From the human T2T-CHM13v2.0 reference genome, Homo sapiens, in assembly GCF_009914755.1 (NCBI RefSeq), contig NC_060928.1: a stretch of DNA of 64,000 nt; one strand, given 5' to 3'. Made by a program: the position numbers and the translations under genes. The stretch's first letter is position 1. Each line of letters opens with the position of its first letter. Of this stretch, positions 26,813-42,710 are shown piece after piece. Below the pieces are notes generated by a model. The model had not been told where the DNA came from and did no database searches. It saw nothing but the letters and a program-made list of their open reading frames with translations.

Positions 26813-28835
26813 AAAAAAATCAATGATTATTTATTTTAAAAAACCCTCCCTTTCGGAGAAAAACCACGTGTAAGGACAAGAGCAGTTCTTGTAAAATTCA
26901 GGGTCACAGGAGTTGAAAAGAACAAGTAGCCGTGAACGTTGAATTTTGTTTGAAGAGGTGAATATGCTTCACGTACAGCCATTGTGGAAAGAAGAATGTG
27001 TAAGTACCTGTTATTCTTTGACCATCTGTTATTTACTGAAAATAGATTGTTTAAACCAGTTCATTAAGCTCTGATTTATGAATGTTAATTTTTTTAGAAA
27101 GATTTCATCTGTGAAAATAAAATATTTGGAAAGCAAAGTGGGATTTTTAAAAAAATTTATTTAAATCTTCATAAATTTAGCTTTCCATGAGCACCCACTT
27201 GGCTAGACAGATAAAGAGATCACTAGTCAGAAAGACTTGGAAGGACTTAGCAAATATGAAAGAATTACCTAAGGATAAAAAATTCTATGTATATATTCTT
27301 AAAATTTCCAATGATTTTAGTGACATAATTTCTCTTGGAGTTTCAAATTGTGAGTCACTTCTTCTGAGGATAGCAGAATTATGTTTTGGAAATTACTCAG
27401 CTCTGAGGTGCAGTATAGCTATGCCACATTCTGGCTTGCATAAGTTATTATCTTTCCTATTTATTCACTTTTCTGGGGATGGTAGGACAGCCATTATTAT
27501 CAGATCGTCATTGGAAGTAACAGATCACATAATCTCAACCATTAACTCTTGTCATCCACAGCTTATCTCTTTCAGCTTCTCCACCAGCCCTTTCCCAAGT
27601 GTAAGTCATAATTTCTCTCCTACGATCATACCTATTACGCCTCTCCCCATCCTCACCCACTCCCACACTGCACTTGACTGTATGTGCTTGGGATCAAAAA
27701 GGCCCTTTGCTTTCACCATTGTAACCCATTGCCTCTCATGGCTTAGCCAGTTCTCATTTCCCACGAGGTATGTTCACATGTATCTAGAGTTTATTTGTGG
27801 TCTTCAAGAAGATCTTCTAAGTTGTTTTTTTCCATACCTGCCTCCTCAATAATTGTGAAATTACAAACTGGTTAGATTTGAAATTATTGTGGAAAATTAT
27901 TGTAATCAAACCATTACGGAAAGATTGCCTTAAATGAACATTGCCCCTTCACTGGTCAGAAAGAGGTGCCTGGGGATTACAGAACGTGGATGCCTTGTGG
28001 ATGGTGTTAACTGGGACTGACTCAAGCTTGTCTGACAACCTGTTTTTCAAAAAAATTAAAATAAATCCATGACGTTGCCCGGTCTAGGTATGCTATTGTT
28101 AGTTACGTGCATAATATGATTTACCAGAAGGTTTTAGAGAAAAATGGGAAGGATCGCCTTGTGGCATGCTAAGCATCTTGGAGATCATGAGTTAATGTTG
28201 GATAGTACAATCAAGCTGGCACACACCGACAACAACCTTAATTTCCTCATTAGAATTCCCTGTCGGTGGGCAGGTCAATCACAGCCATTTAAATCCTCAC
28301 ACCTGTGCATCTTCACAGTTTGGATCAATGACAAATTTAAAAACAAAACAAAACAAGCTTCATCCCCAGAAAAACACAATCCTTGAAATGATGAGTGACA
28401 AATCCTACAAAAGAAAGTGCTGTCTCGTGGTGTTCTTAATTTTTTTTTTAAGAGAGATTCATGTTTACTGTAGGCAGGCGTGCCTGTCTTTACATACTGA
28501 TGAGTTCTCAGGTGCAGTGTCATTGAACTTGAGAAAGCAAAGCTTGCAAAATGAAGAAAAGCAGCTAAGTAAAACTGCTGCAGATTGCAACCACCTGCTC
28601 TTAGCCTGGATTAGTAAGTGCTGGAAGTCCGTTGCCACATTCTTAGAAAACAGATCGACCACCACTCTTACTCTCAGAGAATACTGCTGAGTGAAATTGT
28701 TCTTAAATTAACTCGAATTTCGCTGTCAATAGCTACTTATGAGAGAATAATCAGGGTGACAGTCCAATCTGAGAGATTTGGTGGGGACGTTGTTCATGGA
28801 ACCACTCAGACAATAAGCAAGGCTACAAACCACAC

Positions 28836-29273
28836 TGAAACCCAACTAATAGTCCTATAAAGAGTTCTTTCTGATAAACATAGAAATTGGCCATTCTGGG
28901 TCTTAAAGCTTAACGCTTACATTGGTTGTATCTGAGTTTCTTTCTCAGGAAATGACCTACAGGCTGCTCCAAAAAAGTATCAAATAACTGAAACCAGATC
29001 ACCACACCAGACAATGGGATGCCACCCCTCATTCACCAGGATCCCTTCCTCGCCCCTCCCGGGTTCCTGTTTTCCTACACAGTTACATTTCTTCTCTGCT
29101 ATATAAACCCCTAGTTTTAGTCCCTCAGGGAGATGGATTTGAAACTGAGCCCCCATCTCCTGGGCTGGTGCATCCAATTAAAGCCTTCTTCTTTGGCAAA
29201 ACTCTTCTCAATGACTGCGGTTCTGTGCAGTGAGCAGTAGGACCTGGACTGAACCCCTAGTGTTTTGGTAACG
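28836..29273 (+). mobile_element. MER66-like solo LTR (ERV1)
   Basis: TGAAACCCAACTAATAGTCC...GATAAACATAGAAATTG...CTATATAAACCCC (TATA)...ATTAAAGCCTTCTTC (polyA signal)...TGTTTTGGTAAC. Confidence 0.8.
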
Positions 29274-29349
29274 ATATCATAAATTAGCTACTTAAGAAAT
29301 ATGTGCTGAAAACATTTTAACCATGTATCACATATGACAGGAGTTATTA

Positions 29350-29465
29350 TTGCTAGACGGTAAGCTCTGTGAAGGTACGTATTTTACTGTTTTGTTCACT
29401 GCTGTGTCCTTAGAATGAGAAAAGCCTTCCACATAGTAAATATTTGTAGAAGAACTGAATATATG
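29350..29465 (+). mobile_element. L2 3' end fragment
   Basis: CTAGACGGTAAGCTCTGTGAAGG...TTTTGTTCACTGCTGTGTCC...ACATAGTAAATATTTGTAGAA. Confidence 0.7.
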
Positions 29466-30340
29466 TACTCAGCGCCCACATAATTGTTTATAATTATCTT
29501 TTCTTTTATTCATATTATTGAATGTCTAAGTAGCTTTGTTCTCAGTAGCCTATGAAGTTCAAAATAATGTTGCCCATCACGTACCAGGTATTTTTACATG
29601 CAACACATTATTTCATGTTCATACAGGGTCTATTTTCTTATTTTATAAATAAACCAAATAAGACTCAAAAGTTATTCAAAGACTCATCAAAGGTTGTTTA
29701 GCTAGTAAGTGTGGGATTTAGGTTTTGAGGGGCTTGATGGTGTTGATACAATTTAGATGTCACATATATTCTAGCTCCCACTTTGATTCTGCCGCATTTT
29801 GTTCACCTCTTCAAATAAAGGTATGTGTCTACAGCTGTGTTTATTCAGTTGGATTTTTTTCCTATTTTGTACCAATTATTTGCTCATTTATAATGTACAC
29901 CCACTCACTTTCACAAGGAAAGAGAAGCAGGATGCTCCTCACTCTGGAGGCTTCGCCTAAAGCCTTCATGGCCCGACTGTGTCTGAAGTATGAGAGGAGC
30001 AGAAGCAGAAGGACAAAGGTCCAACAGGTGCCTCTCTCCGATCCACTTAACACGCGACAAAGGAGGGAAGCAAGCCAAACGAAGACGCATATCATGGAAG
30101 CAGGACAGTGGAGATGCAGTAGGGGAAGAAACATGCACACATATCAGTAATTGTGAAATTACAAATATGTTAGATTTGAAAAGGGGGACTTGAAATTATT
30201 GTAGAAAATTATTCTAATCAAGCCATTATGAAAATACTACCTTAAGTGAACATTGTCTCTTTCACTTCTATTAAAGTGTGTGAGTTATAGCTTGACTTTT
30301 TCTACGGCAAAACTGAGTAGAATTTTTTCATTCACTGTAG

Positions 30341-30417
30341 AAAGAGAATACACTCAGCTCTAGAGGTAACTTCTCCTAAAGAGAATACACTCAGTTCTGG
30401 AGGTAACTTCTTCCTAA
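30341..30417. repeat. Tandem duplication, 37 bp x 2
   Basis: AAAGAGAATACACTCAG(C/T)TCT(A/G)GAGGTAACTTCT repeated at 30341 and 30378. Confidence 0.9.
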
Positions 30418-31639
30418 TCCATAACTAGTGAACTATTTTAGGCATGCATGGGTGAAAATGAAGAAATTGTTGTTGTTGCTGTTTTTAGAAGATTATATTC
30501 GTTGTACTGTTATTTCAAGAAAACTGCAATAAGGGCTCATATTATTTTATCTACATAGCATTTTACAAGTACAAATGTTACATCACAACTGCATAAATAC
30601 TAATATGAATTTCTTGAAATATTTTTTGAGGGTAATATCAGTTTTTATTAATATACTTTTGTATTTTATTATATTAATCCATATTTTTGCAAAAGCATAT
30701 TAAAGAAGTTTGAAGTATTTATAAAAATGTATACTAAAAAAATTAATGAGTAATTATTGTTAACCCTTGGCACACTGTGGACTTCCGAGGAATGTGGGAT
30801 AAATATAAATATGCACACATACACACATGCATGGCACAATTTACTTTCTTTATTTGACATTCAGGGGTACGCGTGCAGGATGTGCAGGTTTGTTTTATAG
30901 GCAAAAGTGTGCCATGGTGATTTGCTGCACAGATCATCTCATCACCTGGGTAAAAGCCCAGCATCCATTGGCTATTCTTCCTAATCTTCTCCCTCTTCCA
31001 ACTGCCCCCGACAGGTCCCAGTGTGTGTTGCACCCTGCCACCATGTGTCCATGTGTTCTCATCATTCAGCTCCCACTTACAAGTGAGCACATGCGGTATT
31101 TGTTTTTTTGTTCCTGTGTTAGTTTCCTAAGGAAAATGACCACCAGCTCCATCCATGGCCCTGCAATGGACATGATCTAGTTCCTTTTTAAATCTGCATA
31201 GTGTCCCATGGTGTATATGTACCACATTTTCCTTATCTAGCTTTATCATTGATGGGCATTTGGGTTGATTCCATGTCTTTGCTATTGTAAATAGTGCTGC
31301 AATGAACATACGCATGAATATGTCTTTATAATAGTACAATTTATATTCCTTAGAATATATGCCCAGTAATAGGATTGCTGAGTCCCATGGTATTTCTGCC
31401 TCTAGGTCTTTGAGGAATCGCTACACTGTCTTCCACAATGGTTGAACTAATTTACACTCCCACCAACAGTATAAAAGTGTTCCTTTTTCTCTACAACCTC
31501 GTCAGCATCTGTTGTTTTTTGACTTTTTAGTAATAACCATTCTGACTGGTGTTAGATGGTATTTCATTGTGGTTTCGGTTTGCATTTCTCTAATAATCAG
31601 TGATGTTGAGCTTTTTTCATGTTTTTTGGCTGTATGTAG

Positions 31640-32001
<362 letters not shown>

Positions 32002-33451
32002 TGTTTTTTCTTGTAAATTTGTTTAAGTTCCTTATGGATGCTGGTTATTAGACTCTTCTCAGATGGATAGATTGCAAAAATTTTCTCCAATTCTGTAGGT
32101 TGTCTGTTCACTCTGCTGATAGTTTCTTTTGCTGTGCAGAAACTCTTTAGTTTAATTAGATTCCATTTGTCAATTTTTGCTTTTGTCAAAATTGCTTTTG
32201 GTGTCTTCATAATGAAATCTTTGCTCGTGCCTACATCCTGAATGGTATTGCCTAGGTTTTCTTCTATGGTTTTTATCATTTTGGGTTTTATATTTAAGTC
32301 TTTACTCCATCTTGAGTTGATTTTTCTATATGCTGTAAGGAAGGAGTCCACTTTCAATTTTCTGCAGATAGCTAGCCAGTTCTCCCAGTACTACTTATTG
32401 AATAGGGAATTCTTTCCCCATTGCTTGTTTTTGTCAGGTTTGTTGAAGATCAGATGGCTGTAGTTATGTGGTCTTATTTCTGAATTCTCTGTTATGTTCC
32501 ATTGGTCTACAAGCCTGTTCTTGTACCAGTACCATGCTGTTGTAGTTACTGTAGCCCCGTAGTATAGCTTGAAGTCAGGTAGTGTGATGCCTCCAGCTTT
32601 GTATTTTTTGTCTAGGATTGCCTTGGCTATTCAGGATCTTTTTTTGGTTTCATGTACATTTTAAAATAGTTTTTTTATTTATAACTCAATGAATATTATC
32701 AATGATAGTTGAATGAAAATAGCATTGAATCTATACATTGCTTTGGGCAGTATGCTCATCTTCACAATATTGATTCTCCCTATCCATGAGCATGGAATGT
32801 TTTTCCATTTGTATGTGTCATCTCCGATTCCTTGAGCAGTGATTTTTCAGTTTTCCTTGAAGAGGTCCTTCACTCTTCTTGTTAGCTGTCTTCCTAGGTA
32901 TTTTATTTTATTTGGCAATTGTGTTTGGGAGTTTATTCATGATTTGGCATGCGGCTTGCCTGTTGTTGGTGTATAGGACTGCCAGTGATTTTTGCACATT
33001 GATTTTGTATCCTGAGAGTTTTCTGAAGTTGCTTATCAGCTCAAGAAGATTTTGGGCTGAGAAGATGTTGTTTTTTAGATACAGGATCATGTCTTCTGCA
33101 AAGAAAGATAGTTTGACTTCATCTCTTCCTATTTCAATACTCTTTATTTCTTTCTCTTGCCTGATTGCCCTGGCCACAACTTCCCATACTATGTCAAATA
33201 GGAGTGGTGAGAGGGGGCATCCTTATCTTGTGCTGGTTTTCAAAAGAAATGTTTCCAGCTTTTGTTCATTCAGTATGATATGGGCTATGGATTTGTCATA
33301 TGTGGCTCTTATTATTTTGAGGTATGTTCCTTCAATACCTATTTTATTGAGAGTTTTTAACATGAAGGAATGTTGAATTTTATCAAACAGCTTTTCTGCA
33401 TCTATTGAGAAAATCACGTGGTTTTTGTCTCTAGTTCTGTTTATGTGATGA

Positions 33452-33771
<320 letters not shown>

Positions 33772-35635
33772 TAGCTTTTCTTATTGAATTGAAAACTTTA
33801 CCATTATGTAATGCCCTTCTTTGTCTTTTTTGATCTTTGTTGATTTGAAGTCTTTTTTAAACCAACAAAGGATTCCAACCCCTGTTTTTTGTTTGTTTGT
33901 TTTCCATTTGTTTGGTAAATTTTCCTCCATCCCTTTATTTTGAGCCTATGTGTGTCTTGTGTATGAGTCTCTTGAAGACAGTATACCAATGGGTCTTGGT
34001 TTTTTATCCAGCTTGCCATTCTGTGTCTTTTAATGGGGGCATTTAACTTATTTACATTTAACATTAGTATTGTTATGTGTGGATTTCATCTTGTCATCAT
34101 GATGCTAGCTGGTCATTTCACAGTCTTGTTTATGTGGTTTCTTTATAGTGTCACTGTTCTGTGTACTTAAGTGTGTTTTTGTAGTGGTTGGTAATAGTTT
34201 TTCTTTTCCACATTTAGCACTTTTTTTTTTTCAGGAGGTCCTGTACGGAAGGTCTGGTGGTAATGAATTCCCTCAGCATTTGCTTGTCTGAAAAGGATCT
34301 TACTTTTCCTTCTCTTATGAAGCTCAGTTTGGCCTAATATGAAATTCTGGGTTGGACATTCTTTTATTTAGAAATGTTGAATATTGGCCCACAGTCTCTT
34401 CTGGCTTGTAGAGTTCCCACTGAGAGGTTCACTGTTAGTCTGATGGTCTTCCCTTTGCAGGTGACCTGGCCTTTTTCTCTGGCTGCCCTTAACATTTTTT
34501 CTATCATTTTGACCTTGAAGAATCTGATGATTATGTGTCTTGGGGATGATCTGTTCGTGGGTTATCTTAATGGGGTTCTCTGCATTTCCTGAATTTGAAT
34601 GTTGGCCTGTCTTGCTAGGTTGAGGAATTTCTCTGGATGATATACTGAAATATTTTTTTCAAATTGATTCCATTCTCCCCGTCTCTTTCAGGTATGCCAA
34701 TCAGTCATAGTCTGGGTCTCTTAACATAATCCCATATTTCTTGGAGGTTTTGTTCTTTTCATTTTTTTTTCTATTCTGGTCTGCTTGTCTTATTTCAGAA
34801 AGACAGTTTTCATGTTCTGAGATTCTTTTCTCCATCTCGTCTCTTCTGTTATTACATGTGATTGCATTGTGAAGTTCTTGCCATGTGTTTTTCAACTCTC
34901 AGGTCGGTTATGTTTCTCTCTATAGTGGTTATTTGGCTATCAGCTGCATTGTTTTATCATGATTCTTACCTTCCTTGCATTGTGTTACAATGTGCTCCTT
35001 TAGCTCAGCAAAGTTTGCTTTTATCTACATTCTGAAGATTACTTCTATTATTTCAGTCATCTCAGCCTCAGCCCAGTTCTGAACCCTTGCTAGAGAGGTG
35101 TTGCGGTCATTTGGAAAAAAGGGGGCACTCTGGATATTTGAGTTTTCAGCATTTTTGCGCTGATTCTTTCTCACCTTTGTGGGCTTATCTACCTTCAATC
35201 TTTGAGGTTGCTGACCTTTGGATGGGGTTTTTGTTGTTTGTTTGTTTTTCTTTGAATAGTCTGGCCACTCTTCCATAAGGCTACTGTAGTTTGCTGGTGG
35301 TCTGCTCCAGGCCCTAGTAACCTCCATTTTTTCAGTACTTGGAGGTATCACCAGCAAAGCCTGCAAAACAGCAAACATGGCAGCCTGCTCCTTCCTCTGG
35401 AAGCTCCATCCCTGTAGGGTATTGACCTGTTGCCCCTGAATGCACCTGTAAGAGGTGGCTGGAAACCCTGGTTGGGAGGTCTCAGTCAGATTGGAGGAAT
35501 AGGATCAGGGACCCACTCAAAGAAGCAGTCTGGCTATGTTTTGGTAGAGCAGCTGTGCTGTGTTGGGATCTTTTTAGCCTTCAATTGCTTTGGGCTTTCC
35601 AAGGCCCATAGGCTGGCCTGGCTAAGACGCCCAAA

Positions 35636-36277
35636 TGATATACAAGTTAAGAAGAAATTATTTACGCAGACAGTGAGGATAAAGAAGTGTTCAGTAAAGC
35701 ATTCCTTTTACTGAAAAGCAGACTCATATCATTTTCTTTTCTAACAAAGAGCAGCGTGTAAAATCAAGCTACATACATAGACAAGCAAGCTGGAAACTTG
35801 CACAGGTGAATGCTGGCAGCTGTGCCAACAGGAAAAGGCTGGCTGTGGGCTGGACATGTCTGACATCACAGCTCCATCTTCCCCTTTTTTGGTCAACCAT
35901 GTGCACAGTAAGGAGCAGGCAACATAGCACCAGCCATGTAGAGACTCCATTTGCATAATAAAAGATTAGGGTGGGGCCACCAGCTTCCTCGCACACTATG
36001 TAAATATCAGACCTGGTCCAACCAATCTTTGGGCCGTATGTAAATCTGACCCCGCCTCCTCAAGCCTGTCTATAAAACCCTGTGCACTCCACCGTGGGCT
36101 GGAGGTCCCACTCCTACACCCCTCACTGTCAGGGGACAGAGAGCTGTTCTCCTTTCTCTTTCTTTTGCCTATTAAACCTCTGCTCTTACCCTCACTCCAT
36201 GTGTGCCCCTGTCCTTGATTTCATTGGCATAAGGCAATGAACCTCAGATATTTACCCCAGACAACGATGCCGCTTCA
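35636..36277 (+). mobile_element. LTR9-family solo LTR (ERV1) inserted in the L1 5' UTR
   Basis: TGATATACAAGTTAAGAAGAAATTATTTA...CTATAAAA...ATTAAACC...CCCCAGACAACGATGCCGCTTCA; TG...CA ends; perfect 4-bp TSD CAAA. Confidence 0.88.
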
Positions 36278-37330
36278 CAAACAGCCAAGGCGGCGGCCCG
36301 CCCCACTCCGCAGGCACTCTGCCCCAAGGAGAAATTAGAAGTCTTTCCGCAACAGAACACAGGCAGGGGTGGCTGGAGGCTCCAGAGGGAAGGACCTGCC
36401 CAGGGAGGAGGAATGTATCAGGGTCGCATTTAAAGAAGCAACCTCACCACACCTCAACAAAACAGCTGTCACATGCTGAGGCGCGGCCTCTGCCTCAGGG
36501 GGCTTGGTCTCTCCAAAGCTCGCAGGCTGGAATGGCCGTTTTCCAAACAGCAAAGATGGCGGCACGCCCCTCCCGCTGGGCACGGCCTCCCAGGGAGAAA
36601 TCAGAACTCCGTCCCCAGAACACCAGTGGGGGTGGCCAGAGGCCCTGGCTGGGAGGGCCTACCCCACAGGGAGGAGTAAGTAGGTCAGCGTCCCACTTAA
36701 AGAAGCAGCCTGGCCACAAGCTGGCAAAGCCGCTGTGCTGCGTTGGGGTGACCCTTCCTGGTGCAGACTGTTTGGACTCTCCAAAGCCAGCAGGCTGGAA
36801 CAGCTCAGTTATCCAAACAGCAAAGATGACCGCCTGCCCCTCTCCTCCAGGGCTCCGTCCTGTCTCAGGCAAGCTCCACCCTGGTGCCAGTGGCTGGCTG
36901 GAATTCCACGCCAGGGGGTCTTATTTTGTGAGGTGCTGTGGAAGTGGGGCCTGCGTACTGATGCCACTCAGCCCCCTGGATTCAGCTCCCTTTCTAGGGG
37001 TATGTATGGACCTTCCGCCTTGTTTGAGTTCCATCGCCTTCGTCAGGGAGCCCAGGGCTAGAGTATGGAAAGCTCCTGGGTCTCTGTGCATTCCCGAGCA
37101 GCTGCTCTGTCCAGACTCCACACAGGTCTGTGCGTCAGACCCAAGGCCCTGGAGGTGGGCTCTCAAGGGCTCTCCTGATCCGACGGGTGCAAAGTTCCGT
37201 GGAAGAGGCGTGGTTTCCCAGGGTCGCACATTCACTCACTGCTTCCCTTGGCTCTGAAATATTTTAAAACCAGAAGTAAGTTTTCCTGGTTCAAAATGGT
37301 ATTTCATTCTGTAACCACACACTCCAGTAT

Positions 37331-37480
37331 CAGATAGAAATTATAATTAGAAATATTTTTAAGATAGAAATTATAATTAGAAATATTTTTAAGATAGAAA
37401 TTATAATTAGAAATATTTTTAAGATAGAAATTACAATTAGAAATATTTTTAAGATAGAAATCATAATTAGAAATATTTTT
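37331..37480. repeat. AT-rich minisatellite, 30 bp x 5
   Basis: AAGATAGAAATTATAATTAGAAATATTTTT in tandem, nearly identical copies. Confidence 0.97.
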
Positions 37481-37600
37481 GGCATCTTGTATTTATATTA
37501 AAGGGTATGCAAATATTTCTTATGAAATTTACTTTCAATTATATGTATAGTCTTTTTGAGGTTTGTCTAGAGGCTTTTTCCCTCCCAAAGCATTCAAATG

Positions 37601-39478
<1,878 letters not shown>

Positions 39479-41008
39479 TCTTTCTAAAGTTTAATCACAT
39501 AGACTCATCTTTAACAGGGCTAGGGCTTTTATAGCAATTAGGAATACAGTCTTCACGATCTTGCAAGTCCATACATGAATTCCAGCTTAAAATCATGGTA
39601 ATTTATTTGATAACTTTTTAAAAAAAGCTTAAAATGAAGCAAAAATATTTTTTGTTAGCTTGCAATCCCCCCATTTTCTATTTTACTTTTTGACATGGAC
39701 AATTTCATTTTGTTTGCGTAGTTTTTGTTTTTAAATCAGGGATGATTTTTCTTTCACACACTTAAATATATACTTACCAGTTTCAAATTTTCATCTGTTT
39801 ATCTCAAAGCACTAAATGTGATCAAACTCCAATTAGAGCTGTATTTAACCCCTGGTTCATTAGGATCAAAACAGTAAAGGGAGTGGAGATGTTGCTTTCC
39901 TAGTACAACTGAACAAGTTTGGTGGATCATTCATCTTATTTGAAATTGGAGATATATATTGTAGTTATAAGTGGGCTTAATCAACATCATTTCACCTTCT
40001 TGTAAAGTCTTATCTAGAAATAGGAATTTGGGCCTTGATGTGACTCAGTGTCAGAGAAGGGGCCAGGGAAAGAAGGAAAGAGTATTGATTGCTGAGTAAG
40101 TGGCCTCACTACAGAAGACCCATGGTCCATCCTCACAATGATGATAATCCACCAGCCGTTACACGCCAATTTGAAAACAAATTGTTATAGACCTTGGAAG
40201 CTTTCTCAGCTCAAAGCAGACCTGACATACAACTGCATGTGAGGACAGAAATAAATCATATCAGATCAGAAGGTCTACTAGTTAACAGCTAAAAAAAAGG
40301 ATTGTAGTATTTTCCCTTCGTTTTAGTCTAAACTCTCTCTAGAGGGTAGGTAGTGTAATAGGAGCAGGTAACTTTGTCCGTGTACAAATTTTCATGTGTT
40401 TTACATCTAGACTTTGAAACCTTGCTCATCATTTTCCTTCAGGTCCAATTCATAAATCTGACATTTATAAATTTAAGAATCAAATTGCAGATCATTTAAA
40501 GCTAGATGTGTAGGCTGAATTGTGAACTCATGATGAGACGAGCTTGCACTGAGATTGGGAGTGTACAGTTTTCATATTGCAGAAAATGCAACTAAACTTT
40601 TTGCCACTTGATTCAATAGGAAATAAAATGATATAGGATTAGTTTGAAGATGCAAACTGATTTCAGTGAATATTCATCATTAGTAAAGGCTTAACTTGGT
40701 GATATAATCCAGGGGATTTTAGATGTTTCCTTAAAACACCTACATGTAATTCGATACCTGGAATATTTCAGAACATTTTTACTTTGGCTATGTTTCATTC
40801 ACAGAGGGAGACAGAAAACCAAGGCCATAATGAGGTAATTAATCAAATTAAATACCATTATGCTTTCAATTCCCTGTATCTCTCTGTGCTTGTAGATACA
40901 GACATTGTCTGAAAGCACTGCAGAAGAATGCTATCATTGTACTTACAAAGGAGAAAAACGTGATATACATTGCTTAGAAGTTTGCAAAAGTAGCTTTCGT
41001 GTTCCTAG

Positions 41009-41341
<333 letters not shown>

Positions 41342-42479
41342 TAAAATTTTTGATATTTAACATTTTGCCCAGAGGTCCCAAATTAACCTAGAATCAAGTG
41401 TGAGGCTGTCTCTAAGGTACAGGAATCTGGAGTAGAGTATATTTAAAATGCTCTCAAAATTCTCACTTTTCTAGTGAGAGTTTTAATTTGACAGTATGGA
41501 TGTCTGTGTAATTTAATCAAGTTATTAAACCAGAAAATTTCTAATTATAGAGAGAGCAGAAAGTTTATTCTTAGGATTCCTATGTCTCAATCAAACAATG
41601 AATGGACAGAAGTGTTCAAGGAATTTATTATAACTCTTTTATTCCTTTATAATAACGTAAATGGATTATCTCAAGCTCCTGAAGCCAAATTATAGCAAGA
41701 AAAAAAATTATCCTACAGATAGTTGTTCAGTAAGTGGACAAGAGAGCCGTGTGCAGCAAGACCAATCTCCTTGAAGGATGTTAGCTGAACTGCAGTGTCG
41801 GCAAAGCTTGAGTGGAAAGGTCATTTGAATGATTTCTCATAATTGAGTTCTACCAACATAGTCTTTGACATTTTAGTGTAGTTATTTATTTAAAAATTAT
41901 TATGCATTTATAATGCACAGACAGAATCTGGATAATAAAGAGAAAGGGATAGTCCATTCCTCAAGGGAATAATTGTGTGTGAAAACCTGAGTCGGGACTT
42001 TATAGAGTACATCCAGGCCATGATTAGCAGGTCTCTTTGTTGGAATGGAAGCTTCATTTATAAGAACAATGAAATGTAAATGTTAGAATTTCTGCAATAC
42101 CACTTATAGTTGTGGAATTTATCTTAAAGAAGAAAGAGTAGTTAAAGATATTTGAGTAAGAGGGTAAAGTGGTGAGAGCACTGTTTGCAGATTAGCTGGC
42201 AACTGTATGCAAATTTTGTTGGAATAGAAAAGACTGGCACCTAGGAGATTAGTGATTCATTTTTGCTAAAACCTAGCAAAGGAAGCATATGGTATTGGTC
42301 ATGGGAATAAAAAGAACGAATAAATGTGAGAAATTAAGGAGGACTTGACAACACTTAATGACTGGTATTTAAATTTGAAGTTGGTAACTCCAAAATGTTA
42401 ATTAGCCTCTGTTATTAGAAAAATTATACTATTGTGGACAGAATAAGTAAACTGTAAGAGATGAAATAATTGTAACTAA

Positions 42480-42710
42480 GCATGTGAGCTCTGATGAAAA
42501 TCTACTTGGTCAGTACCTTGTCTCAACAGTTTGAAGAACCTTGGGCAAGTCACATAATCTTTAAGACATTCTTTTCCTTAAACTCACGAAACAGAATAAT
42601 AACAATGCCTGCCTGTCGGGTTTGTTGTGAAGATTAACTAAGTAGCCCATGTAAAGTGCTTGGCACGTAATGTCTCAATAAGTGTCAGTAACTCGTTATT
42701 GCTGTTATGG
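42480..42710 (+). mobile_element. MIR
   Basis: ACCTTGGGCAAGTCACATAATCT...ATAATAACAATGCCTGCC...TTGTTGTGAAGATTAA...ATGTAAAGTGCTTGGCAC. Confidence 0.8.

Noticed and set aside
36532-37257. 241-aa + strand ORF
   Set aside because: It lies in the GC-rich L1 5' UTR (antisense), where stops are rare; no recognisable protein features.
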